Below are positions 34,221-43,030 of a stretch of 64,000 nt of DNA, piece after piece (position 1 is the stretch's first letter; every line of letters begins with the position of its first letter). A program made the position numbers and the translations under genes. The stretch covers positions 3,669 through 67,668 of the forward strand of contig MGQW01000072.1 of NCBI GenBank assembly GCA_001798885.1. The letters are read 5' to 3'. The notes under the pieces are model-generated. The model saw only the letters and a program-made list of their open reading frames with translations, had not been told where the DNA came from and searched no databases. This DNA comes from Deltaproteobacteria bacterium RBG_16_64_85. GTDB lineage: Bacteria; Desulfobacterota; Deferrimicrobia; Deferrimicrobiales; Deferrimicrobiaceae.

Positions 34221-35608
34221 AGACAAAAGGCCGTGTTTTCCTCCTGGACGACGACGACCTCATCGTATCCATGCTTGCGAGGGCGTTGAAGGGCGAGGGG
34301 TACGACGTCCAAGCGGAAACCGATCCGGGCGAGGCCGTCGAAAAAATTCGGTCGTTCTCCCCCGACATCGTCATGCTCGACCTCAAGCTGCCCGGCATCA
34401 GCGGGATGGACATCCTGAAGGAGATCACGAACCAAAGGATCGGGACCCAGGTGGTGATGCTGACGTCGGACGACAGCGCGGAAAGCGCGGTGAAGGCGAT
34501 GAAATCAGGGGCTGTGGATTACCTGACCAAGCCCTTCGACATGGACCTGGTCAAGATCGTCGTCGCATCGATCGTGGAGAAAGGGAACCTGAAGCAGGAG
34601 GTCGAATACCTCCGGAAGATCAGCTCCGACCTGGTTTACAACGAGATCATCGGGGGTACCGGGGTCGTCAAGAAGTTGAAGGAGAAGGCCGAGAAGCTGG
34701 CGCAGGCCGGCGTTCCCTCGGTGCTGATCACCGGGGAAAACGGGACCGGCAAGGAGATGTTCGCGAGGTACATCCACCACGCGATGCACGGCGAGGGTCC
34801 CGGCGGGTACGCGCCGTTCGTCGGGGTGAATTGCGCCGCGATTCCGGAGTCCCTCATCGAGAGCGAGCTCTTCGGCCACGAAAAGGGGTCGTTCACCGAC
34901 GCCAAGACGGAGAAGAAGGGCGTCTTCGAGCTGGCCTCCCAGGGGTCCATCCTCCTGGACGAGATCGGGGAGATGAAGCCGAACCTCCAGGCCAAGCTCC
35001 TCCGGGTGCTCGAGGAGAGGAAGGTGCGGCACGTGGGGGGGAAACACGACATCCCCATCGACGCGACCGTGTTCACCACCACCAATCGGAACCTCGAGGA
35101 GGCGGTGGAAAAGGGGGAGTTCCGGATCGACCTGTATTACCGGCTGAACGTCTTTTCCCTGCACATCCCCCCGCTCCGGGAGCGGCAGGAAGACATCCTT
35201 CCCCTCGCGCGGTATTTTCTCGAATTTTTCTCCACAAAGTACAATCGTTCGGCCATCAAGGGCTTTTCCCCGGAGGCGGAGAAGCTCCTGCTCTCCTACG
35301 GCTGGCCGGGAAACGTGAGGGAGCTCAGGAACGTCGTCGAAAGGATCGTCGTCCTGGAGAGCGACGAGAGGGTCCTCCCCGATCATCTCCCGAAGGAGAT
35401 CCTGTTCGGGAAAGGGGGTGCGAGAACGGTGTCCGCAGGCTCCGGAATCACCCTCCCCGATGCGGGACTGTCGCTCGACGATGTGGAAAAAAGCCTCATC
35501 CTCCAGGCGCTCGAGAAAACCGGGGGCAACAAGACCCAGGCTGCGAAGCTCCTGGGCGTCACGTACGACTCCCTCCGCTACCAGATCAAGAAGTTCGGGC
35601 TGGAGTAA
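34217..35608 (+). CDS. sigma-54-dependent response regulator (NtrC/Fis family enhancer-binding protein)
   Basis: 463-aa ORF. REC domain, AAA+ with GENGTGKE Walker A, ESELFGHEKGSFTDA (GAFTGA-type loop), C-terminal Fis-type HTH. ATGA overlap with the kinase gene. Confidence 0.9.
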   Translation: MKTKGRVFLLDDDDLIVSMLARALKGEGYDVQAETDPGEAVEKIRSFSPDIVMLDLKLPGISGMDILKEITNQRIGTQVVMLTSDDSAESAVKAMKSGAVDYLTKPFDMDLVKIVVASIVEKGNLKQEVEYLRKISSDLVYNEIIGGTGVVKKLKEKAEKLAQAGVPSVLITGENGTGKEMFARYIHHAMHGEGPGGYAPFVGVNCAAIPESLIESELFGHEKGSFTDAKTEKKGVFELASQGSILLDEIGEMKPNLQAKLLRVLEERKVRHVGGKHDIPIDATVFTTTNRNLEEAVEKGEFRIDLYYRLNVFSLHIPPLRERQEDILPLARYFLEFFSTKYNRSAIKGFSPEAEKLLLSYGWPGNVRELRNVVERIVVLESDERVLPDHLPKEILFGKGGARTVSAGSGITLPDAGLSLDDVEKSLILQALEKTGGNKTQAAKLLGVTYDSLRYQIKKFGLE

Positions 35609-35609
35609 G

Positions 35610-36281
35610 TCAGCAGGAAAGGAACTTCAGGCCCGCCGTGACGCAGTCCTGGGCAGTGGCGACCCACACCACTTCGGCGGTGGCTTCCGGAGGGACGAGT
35701 TTCAGAACCGGATCGTTTCCGGCGGCGACATGGGCCCGGACGCCTTGTCCCACTCTCAGGGGATATTCCGTTCGAAGCCTTAAGCCCCCCGTACCGACAT
35801 CCACAATCTGGCCGCTCAGGTTATGAAGGTCGTACTGGGCTTCTTCGGGAGCGGGCTCTAGGATCGAGATGCGCAGGGGGATGCGGCAGATGTGCCTCGC
35901 ATGTTTCCTTTTCTGTGCGTATTCGCCGGTGCTCTTCAAAATGCCGTGAACCTCGGAGAGGTCGAACGGCTTCTCCAGGAATTGCACCGCCCCGCCGTTG
36001 TAAGCGCGTTGCCGGTTCACTTCGCTGGCGTCCCCGCTCATGATGATCACGGTTGCGCCCGGCGAGATCTTGTCGATCTCCTCGAGGATCTCGAAACCGC
36101 TCATGTCCGGCAGGTGAATGTCGAGGAACACGTAATCGAAACGCTGCCTGCGAAGCTCGGCGAGCGCATCCGCTGCGTTTCCGACGATACAGGTATCGAG
36201 ATCCAGGCCAGTAAAGTCTTTTTCAAGCGCCCAGCAGATCAGGTTATCGTCGTCGACGACGAGCACTTTCTTCTGTGGCAT
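35610..36281 (-). CDS. response-regulator receiver + PilZ domain protein
   Basis: ATG 36281 inside ORF 35610..36353. VLVVDDD...FLDIHLPDMSG receiver motifs. C-terminal RKHAR (RxxxR) and DVGTGGLRL (DxSxxG-like) PilZ motifs. Confidence 0.8.
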   Translation of the reverse strand: MPQKKVLVVDDDNLICWALEKDFTGLDLDTCIVGNAADALAELRRQRFDYVFLDIHLPDMSGFEILEEIDKISPGATVIIMSGDASEVNRQRAYNGGAVQFLEKPFDLSEVHGILKSTGEYAQKRKHARHICRIPLRISILEPAPEEAQYDLHNLSGQIVDVGTGGLRLRTEYPLRVGQGVRAHVAAGNDPVLKLVPPEATAEVVWVATAQDCVTAGLKFLSC

Positions 36282-36294
36282 GTCGCTTCCTACC

Positions 36295-36309
36295 AGCAAG
36301 TTGCATGCC
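36295..36309 (-). promoter_or_regulatory. sigma-54-type -24/-12 element upstream of REC-PilZ gene
   Basis: The minus strand reads GGCATgcaacTTGCT. Only 13 nt separate the motif from the ATG, so the transcript would be nearly leaderless. Uncertain. Confidence 0.35.
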
Positions 36310-36404
36310 CAGAAAGAGGAGGATGCGCCTAACTGCAATTCCTTTGAAAACAAGAAGTTTGCAATTCATCCGACGATGCCGCAATACCGGTTGGTGGACA
36401 TAGT

Positions 36405-36437
36405 AGGCAAATTCCCACTCGGCTTGGGGATTTTCCC
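36405..36437 (-). promoter_or_regulatory. candidate enhancer palindromes, copy B
   Basis: On the minus strand, GGGAAAATCCCC and GGGAATTTGCCT, 21 nt start-to-start, at the same relative position as in copy A. Confidence 0.35.
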
Positions 36438-36617
36438 ATACGGCCCCTCGTCCATCCAAGGCATGGCACCAGAAAAGATCCAGGAGCCCCCTCTCCGAAA
36501 CGGTTGATTTCGGCGCCCGGTTTGCGTATCCTGATACGGCTTTCCGCCAGGGATACCGCCGGCAGAATCCGCACCGCAATAACCGATAGAACACTCAACT
36601 TGGTGAGGAGGACGCAC

Positions 36618-36779
36618 GTGGGAAGGAACATCGTTCAGAAGATCATCGATGTGCACCATGCGGGAGGGGAAAAGAAGCCCGGCAAGGAGATCGCCATCCG
36701 TATCGCGCAGGGCGACCAGGTCGAGATCCTCCTGGCCGGCGGGCGGCTGGCCTACACGAATGAGAAAGGGTCCTTCTGA
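36618..36779 (+). CDS. small ORF (53 aa); N-terminus resembles the start of aconitase-family proteins (possible gene relic)
   Basis: GTG 36618 with GAGGAGG upstream. (M)GRNIVQKIIDVHHAGGEKKPGKEIAIRI... with high GC3. The resemblance to aconitase N-termini (..N.VQKI...H...GE.KPG.EIA.RIDQ) is from memory and is lost after about 30 residues. Confidence 0.35.
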   Translation: MGRNIVQKIIDVHHAGGEKKPGKEIAIRIAQGDQVEILLAGGRLAYTNEKGSF

Positions 36780-36938
36780 TTGGCCCGCGACGACTGGAAA
36801 TATTACGACGACGAAATGGAGGAAGGGGAGGAGGAGAAGAAGGCTCTCCTCCCCGAGAAACAGTGTAAACACTGCCTCCACTGGGTTCCGCAGGAGGCGC
36901 CGTCCTGCTCCTGGTGCGGGAAGCCGTTCGAGGAGTAG
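36780..36938 (+). CDS. small zinc-ribbon protein (CxxC-N12-CxxC)
   Basis: TTG 36780 (or ATG 36816) to TAG 36936..36938. ...EKQCKHCLHWVPQEAPSCSWCGKPFEE. Coding-like codon usage. Below the ORF-track size cut-off. Confidence 0.4.
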   Translation: MARDDWKYYDDEMEEGEEEKKALLPEKQCKHCLHWVPQEAPSCSWCGKPFEE

Positions 36939-36954
36939 GGACGGTCCCTGTTTT

Positions 36955-38949
36955 TCACTCGATCAGCGCATACCGGGGCAGGACGCTCGAGGGAATTTCC
37001 TCCACGAACCGGGACGGTTTCGATAATACCGTCCCCGACGCCCGCTCGTAGATGTTGACCGGGTAGGTCATCACCAGAAGGTCCTTGGCCCGCGTGGCGG
37101 CAACGTATAGGAGCCGCCGTTCCTCCTCCATCTCCTCCTCGTCCTCCGCCGCCCGGGAGAGCGGCAGTTTCCCGTCCAGGACCCAGAGGATGAAGACCGC
37201 CTTCCACTCCAGCCCCTTGGCCGAGTGGATCGTGGAGAGCGTCAGGAACTCCTCCTCCCCGTCCGGCGCGGCGATGTCCCCCACGGACGCCTGGGGCGGC
37301 TCGAGCGTGATCTCCGAGAGAAACTCCGAAAGCGTCCCGTAGCGGGCACACAGCGATTCCAGGTGGTCGAGATCCTTGAGCCGCCGCGGGTAGTCGTCGA
37401 ACCGCGCTTCCATCAGGGGCCGATAGTACGCGATCACCCTCGCAACCATCTCCGTCACCGGGAGGCTTCCCGTGCCGGCATCGGCCCGGGGGCCTGCCAG
37501 CCCGGCCAGCAGGCTCGCCAGCCGCCCCGCCTCCTCCGACCGTTTCCGCGTTTTCAGGGAAGAGAGGACGGGGAGAAGGGACGCCTCCTCGTACGCCTTC
37601 CGGGAGAGGTCGGCGCCCGCCTTCCTCCCGATGCCCGGCACGAGCAGGAGCGCCCGCGAGAGGCTTAAAGAGTCCCTCGGATTCTCGATCAGCCGCAGGT
37701 GGGCGATCACGTCCTTGACGTGGGCCGTCTCCAGGAACTTGAATCCTCCGAACTTCCGGTACGGGATGTGTCGTTTGGCGAGCTCCACCTCGAGGTCGAA
37801 GGACAGGTAGGCGGCGCGGAACAGGACGGCGATCTCGCTCAAGGGGATCCCCTCCTCCTCGTACAGCTCGAGGATCCGGTCGGCGACATAGGCGGACTGG
37901 ATCCGCTCGCCAGGGGCGGACATCAGGACAGCCTTCTCTCCCCCGGTGCGGGAGGTGAACAGGCGCTTGGGAAATTTCTCCCTCGCCCCCGCGATGATCT
38001 CGTTGGTGACGTCCAGGATCGGCTGCCGGCTGCGGTAGTTTTCTTCCAGAAACACCACCTTGGCACCGGGAAAGTCGGACGGGAAGTCCATGATGTTCCG
38101 GAAGTTCGCGCCGCGGAACGAATAGATGCTCTGGGAGTCGTCCCCCACCGCCATCACGTTGTCGTGGACCGCGGCCAGGAGGCGCAGGATCTCCGCCTGG
38201 ATCCGGTTGGTGTCCTGGTATTCGTCCACCAGGACGTGCCCGTAGGTCCCCGAGACGGCGCGGCGGATCGCCTCGTTCTCCCGCAGGAGGGACGCCAGGC
38301 GGAGCAGGAGGTCGTCGTAGTCCATCAGGTTCCGCTCCCGCTTCGTCTCCCCGTACAGGCGGGAGATCTCGAGGATGTCGTCCAGGCAGTAGAGGAAGTG
38401 GGGCGTCTCCTTCTCCACGGCCGTGGCAATGTCCTCTTCACGATTCGCCGCCCGGCTGAACAGGTCCGCAAGCGTCTCTTTCCTGGGGAAGCGAACGGTC
38501 CGGTGCCCCCCGTGGACCTCCTGCCGCAGCAACCCGATGAGGTCCGCGGAATCGGCGCGGTCCAGGATGGTGAAGTTCTCGCCGTACCCGGCCGCGCTCG
38601 CGTAGCGCCGCAGCAGGCTGTTGGCGAAGGCGTGGAACGTCCCCCCGGAGACTTTCTCGCATCGCCGGTCCAGGAGCAGCGCGGCCCTCCGGAGCATCTC
38701 CTCCGCGGACCTGCGCGTGAAGGTGAGCAGCAGGATGGAAGCGGGGGAGTGGCCAAGCTCCACCAGCCTGGCGACCCGGTAGATGAGCGTGCGCGTCTTT
38801 CCCGTTCCCGCCCCGGCGATGACCAGGAGCGGTCCGTCGCCGTGGAGGACCGCCTCCGCCTGCCGCGGGTTCAGGGCCTTCCCGTAGTCGACCTTCCCCC
38901 CGCCTTCGGGGATCTCCCGGATGAAATATTTTTTCGGCATGCGGGTCAT
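36955..38949 (-). CDS. UvrD/PcrA/Rep family ATP-dependent DNA helicase
   Basis: ORF 36955..39072. LNPRQAEAV...VIAGAGTGKTRTL Walker A, DEYQDTN motif II. ATG 38949 (or 38940) chosen because the upstream residues look non-coding. Confidence 0.9.
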   Translation of the reverse strand: MTRMPKKYFIREIPEGGGKVDYGKALNPRQAEAVLHGDGPLLVIAGAGTGKTRTLIYRVARLVELGHSPASILLLTFTRRSAEEMLRRAALLLDRRCEKVSGGTFHAFANSLLRRYASAAGYGENFTILDRADSADLIGLLRQEVHGGHRTVRFPRKETLADLFSRAANREEDIATAVEKETPHFLYCLDDILEISRLYGETKRERNLMDYDDLLLRLASLLRENEAIRRAVSGTYGHVLVDEYQDTNRIQAEILRLLAAVHDNVMAVGDDSQSIYSFRGANFRNIMDFPSDFPGAKVVFLEENYRSRQPILDVTNEIIAGAREKFPKRLFTSRTGGEKAVLMSAPGERIQSAYVADRILELYEEEGIPLSEIAVLFRAAYLSFDLEVELAKRHIPYRKFGGFKFLETAHVKDVIAHLRLIENPRDSLSLSRALLLVPGIGRKAGADLSRKAYEEASLLPVLSSLKTRKRSEEAGRLASLLAGLAGPRADAGTGSLPVTEMVARVIAYYRPLMEARFDDYPRRLKDLDHLESLCARYGTLSEFLSEITLEPPQASVGDIAAPDGEEEFLTLSTIHSAKGLEWKAVFILWVLDGKLPLSRAAEDEEEMEEERRLLYVAATRAKDLLVMTYPVNIYERASGTVLSKPSRFVEEIPSSVLPRYALIE

Positions 38950-39083
38950 TCTATCCCGAGCGGTCTCCCGACAGACAGGTTTCCGCGGGGGATTCCCGGG
39001 CGGCGCCGGGGATTTTCGGTCTTGACAGTGTGGAAGAGCCGCAAGGAAACGGCCGCCCGAAGTGAAAGACAAAGGTTCAGCGG

Positions 39084-39413
39084 TTATTTGCCCGGGGGCA
39101 TCCCCGGGGAAGGCCCTTGCGGGGACGCGGGGCCGGGAATTGCCGGGATCGGCGTCCCGCCCTTCATCAGCGTGGGCGAGGACCTGCCGCCGGCGAAGTA
39201 GGCGAGGAAGAGGGAGGTCAGCATGAACACGATCGCCGCCCCCGCCGTCAGCTTCCCCAGGAAACTGGTTGGGCCGCTCGATCCGAACAGGGTCTGGGAC
39301 GACCCGCCGCCGAACACGGCGCCGATGTCGGTGCCCTTCCCCGTCTGCAGGAGGATGATCAGAATCAAGGCCACGGATACGATCACATGAAGGACGATGA
39401 CCAGGGTGTACAT
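39084..39413 (-). CDS. secG: preprotein translocase subunit SecG
   Basis: 109-aa ORF. LILIILLQTGKG....FGG motif typical of SecG. Confidence 0.9.
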   Translation of the reverse strand: MYTLVIVLHVIVSVALILIILLQTGKGTDIGAVFGGGSSQTLFGSSGPTSFLGKLTAGAAIVFMLTSLFLAYFAGGRSSPTLMKGGTPIPAIPGPASPQGPSPGMPPGK

Positions 39414-39435
39414 ATCGTTTTCTCGGGTTCCTCCG

Positions 39436-40188
39436 TTAATTGAACTTTACGATGCCTGCGAACGCGTTCGCCTTGAGGCTTGCCCCGCCGACGAGTGCAC
39501 CGTCGATGTCCGCCTTCGACATCAGGTCGGCGATGTTTTCCGGTTTGACGGACCCTCCGTAAAGAATACGGACCGCATCGGCGGGATCGGCTCCCCATCG
39601 TTCCTTCAGGATCCCGCGCAGGAAGGCGTGGACCTCCTGTGCCTGTTCGGGGGTGGCCGTCTTTCCCGTCCCGATCGCCCAGACCGGCTCGTAGGCGACG
39701 ACGATCTTCGGCGCCTCCGCCCCCGCGATCCCTTCGAGCCCCGCTCGCAGCTGCCGTCCCGACACCTCGAACGTTTTCCCCGCTTCCCGCTCCTGGAGCG
39801 TCTCCCCCAGGCACAGGATGGGGATGAGCCCGGCGGCGAGCGCGGCCTTTACCTTCAGGTTCACGGAATCGTCGGACTCGGAGAAATATTGCCTCCGCTC
39901 CGAATGGCCGATGATCGCGTACCGCGCGCCGGCGTCCCTCACCATCGCGGGGGAGACCTCCCCCGTGTAGGCGCCTTCCGTGGCAAAGTGGACGTTCTGG
40001 GACGCCACCCCGACGTTCGTCCCTCCGGTCAGGGATGCCACCACGCTCAGCGACGGGAAGGGAGGCGCCAGGACGATCTCGACCCCCGCGACGCCCGAGA
40101 CCAGGGGAAGAAACTCCTTCACGAAGGCCGCGGACTCCCCCGCCGTCTTGTACATCTTCCAGTTGCCGGCGATGAGGGGGGTGCGCAT
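39436..40188 (-). CDS. tpiA: triose-phosphate isomerase
   Basis: 250-aa ORF. IAGNWKMY, AIIGHSERR, AYEPVWAIGTG signatures. Confidence 0.95.
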   Translation of the reverse strand: MRTPLIAGNWKMYKTAGESAAFVKEFLPLVSGVAGVEIVLAPPFPSLSVVASLTGGTNVGVASQNVHFATEGAYTGEVSPAMVRDAGARYAIIGHSERRQYFSESDDSVNLKVKAALAAGLIPILCLGETLQEREAGKTFEVSGRQLRAGLEGIAGAEAPKIVVAYEPVWAIGTGKTATPEQAQEVHAFLRGILKERWGADPADAVRILYGGSVKPENIADLMSKADIDGALVGGASLKANAFAGIVKFN

Positions 40189-40192
40189 CCCC

Positions 40193-41236
<1,044 letters not shown>

Positions 41237-41249
41237 TTAAAGGAATTAA

Positions 41250-41277
41250 ATTATACTCCCTTATGCCTCCCTGTCAA
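41250..41277 (-). promoter_or_regulatory. consensus sigma-70 promoter for gap-tpiA-secG
   Basis: The minus strand reads TTGACA-N16-TATAAT (both hexamers perfect), 52 nt upstream of the gap ATG, which has an AGGAGG RBS. Confidence 0.6.
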
Positions 41278-41331
41278 ATCGGTCGGGGGCAGCCCAGCCT
41301 CCTCAGCTCCAGGTCGCCGATCGGGTCGTTT

Positions 41332-41360
41332 TTGCCCGCCCGTTCCATCACCTGTATAAT
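41332..41360 (+). promoter_or_regulatory. candidate sigma-70 promoter for the 2-hydroxyacid dehydrogenase gene
   Basis: TTGCCC-N17-TATAAT with TG immediately 5' of the -10 hexamer. About 150 nt upstream of the ATG at 41512. Confidence 0.3.
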
Positions 41361-41511
41361 TACCAGAGATAAGGGTCTATAGATATTATCCGATGACAGT
41401 CCGATTCCGGTAACGTATTGTTGCTCCATCTGCATCCGGCTTGCAACCGGCGGCTCGCAGGAGCCTTGGCGAGCGCCGCGGCTGAAGCCGGGCTTCTTGT
41501 CCTTTACGCGC

Positions 41512-42510
41512 ATGCGTTATTTGGAGCAGGAGAAAGGCTTGGGTGCATCGCTCCCTAAAGTGGTTGTGACCCGGCGGCTGCCGGGGGTTTCCCTGTCACG
41601 TCTGGCTTCGCTGGCCGCCGTCGCCGCCCCTCCCCCGGATTCTCCCCTGCCCCGGGAGGAACTGCTTCGGCAGGTTCCGGGGGCTGCCGGCATCCTCTGC
41701 ACCCTCGCGGACCGGATCGACGCGACCCTCATGGACGCGGCCGGCCCGGGGCTGAAGGTCGTCTCCAACTATGCGGTCGGCGTCAATAACGTCGACGTGG
41801 CGGAGGCCGGCCTCCGCGGCATCCGCGTGTGCAACACGCCGGACGTCCTCACGGAGGCGACCGCCGACCTCGGGTTCGCGCTGCTGTTGGCGGCCGCCAG
41901 GAGGTTTTCCGAGGCGGAAGGAGCCCTGCGCGCGGGGAAATTCACCGGTTGGGATCCGTGGGGGTTCCTGGGAGTCCCCGTCTACGGCAGGACGCTCGGA
42001 ATCGTCGGGATGGGGAAGATCGGCAGCGCCATCGCGGTCCGCGCGACAGGGTTCGGGATGCGCATCCTCTACCACAACCGGCAGCCGCTTTCCCCGGAGC
42101 GGGAGAGGGTACTTCGCTCGGAGTACCGGAAGCTCGATGATTTGCTCGCCGAAAGCGATTTCGTCGTCCTGAGCATTCCCCTCACCGGGGAAACGCACGG
42201 GCTCATCCACCGGGATCGGCTGGGGAAGATGAAGGCGACGGCGGTCCTGGTGAACATCTCCCGCGGGGAGGTGGTGGAGGAGGGCGCCCTGGCGAAGGCG
42301 CTCGCGGAGAGGAAGATCTTTGCCGCGGGCCTCGACGTCTACGAGAAGGAGCCGGTGGTGCACCCGGACCTGCTGGCCGCTCCCTCCGCGGTGCTCCTTC
42401 CGCACGTAGGGAGCGCAACCCTGGAAACGCGGGAGCGGATGGGGCGGCTGGCCATGGAAAACCTGCTCGCGGTCCTTGCGGGGACGAAGCCCCCCTGCGC
42501 CGTCAATTAA
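41512..42510 (+). CDS. D-isomer-specific 2-hydroxyacid dehydrogenase (glyoxylate/hydroxypyruvate reductase type)
   Basis: ORF 41497..42510. GIVGMGKIGSAIA NAD motif and the catalytic R..E..H region (ISRGEVV...LPHVGSAT). Start uncertain (TTG 41497, ATG 41512 or TTG 41539). Confidence 0.85.
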   Translation: MRYLEQEKGLGASLPKVVVTRRLPGVSLSRLASLAAVAAPPPDSPLPREELLRQVPGAAGILCTLADRIDATLMDAAGPGLKVVSNYAVGVNNVDVAEAGLRGIRVCNTPDVLTEATADLGFALLLAAARRFSEAEGALRAGKFTGWDPWGFLGVPVYGRTLGIVGMGKIGSAIAVRATGFGMRILYHNRQPLSPERERVLRSEYRKLDDLLAESDFVVLSIPLTGETHGLIHRDRLGKMKATAVLVNISRGEVVEEGALAKALAERKIFAAGLDVYEKEPVVHPDLLAAPSAVLLPHVGSATLETRERMGRLAMENLLAVLAGTKPPCAVN

Positions 42511-43030
42511 ACCCGAATCCCTTCCTCTTCAGGAGATCGACCGGATCGAAGGAGCCGGTCCGGGAGAAAGGGATATGGACGACCCCGATGACCGGAGCGT
42601 TCACGCCCACGGAGCCGTTGAACTCGTAGTCGATGCGCCGGGCCTGCAGTACGTGCCGGACCGCATCCTGGAAGGATTCCGGGGGAAGCTTGAGGGGAAC
42701 CCTGACCGTCGTCACCTGGGAAGCCTCGATCCGTATGTCCGAGCGGTAATCCCCCTCGGCGACCGTCTCTCGCCCGAGGATCGCTGCATAGGCGACTCGG
42801 GCGATGTCCAGCGGATAGTCGTTGGGGTTGTTCACCTCGAGGGTCAGGGTGAATTCCCACGGCCCCTTTAGATCGTTGAGAGGGTTCGACGCGAGCGACA
42901 CGTCCGCAACACGGACCTTCGGGGACTTGAACGCCTCCTTGAGGAGCGGCCTGCAGGAGGTCGCCGCGAGGGAGAAGGCGAGCAGGACAAGGAAGGAGAG
43001 AAAGCGTTTGGCGATCCGCATTACCGACAT
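42503..43030 (-). CDS. LEA type-2 (Hin1/NDR1-like) family lipoprotein
   Basis: ATG 43030 or 43021 inside ORF 42503..43084. Signal ...FSLAATSC. KVRVADVSL...FTLTLEVNNPNDYPLDI is typical of the LEA_2 fold. Confidence 0.7.
   Translation of the reverse strand: MSVMRIAKRFLSFLVLLAFSLAATSCRPLLKEAFKSPKVRVADVSLASNPLNDLKGPWEFTLTLEVNNPNDYPLDIARVAYAAILGRETVAEGDYRSDIRIEASQVTTVRVPLKLPPESFQDAVRHVLQARRIDYEFNGSVGVNAPVIGVVHIPFSRTGSFDPVDLLKRKGFGFN

Larger units (their letters stand above)
36241..36469. repeat. duplicated promoter/5' block, copy B (paralog of 31382..31612)
   Basis: See copy A. Includes the first 13 codons of the REC-PilZ gene and about 190 nt upstream. Confidence 0.85.

Noticed and set aside
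36366-36881. 171-aa minus-strand ORF upstream of the REC-PilZ gene
   Set aside because: Poor coding character. It overlaps the duplicated promoter block and two plus-strand small frames that have better codon usage and RBSs.
41274-41513. 79-aa minus-strand ORF in the gap / dehydrogenase intergenic region
   Set aside because: It spans the lower-GC promoter region, its 3' end overlaps the consensus TTGACA-N16-TATAAT gap promoter, and no motif is recognised.
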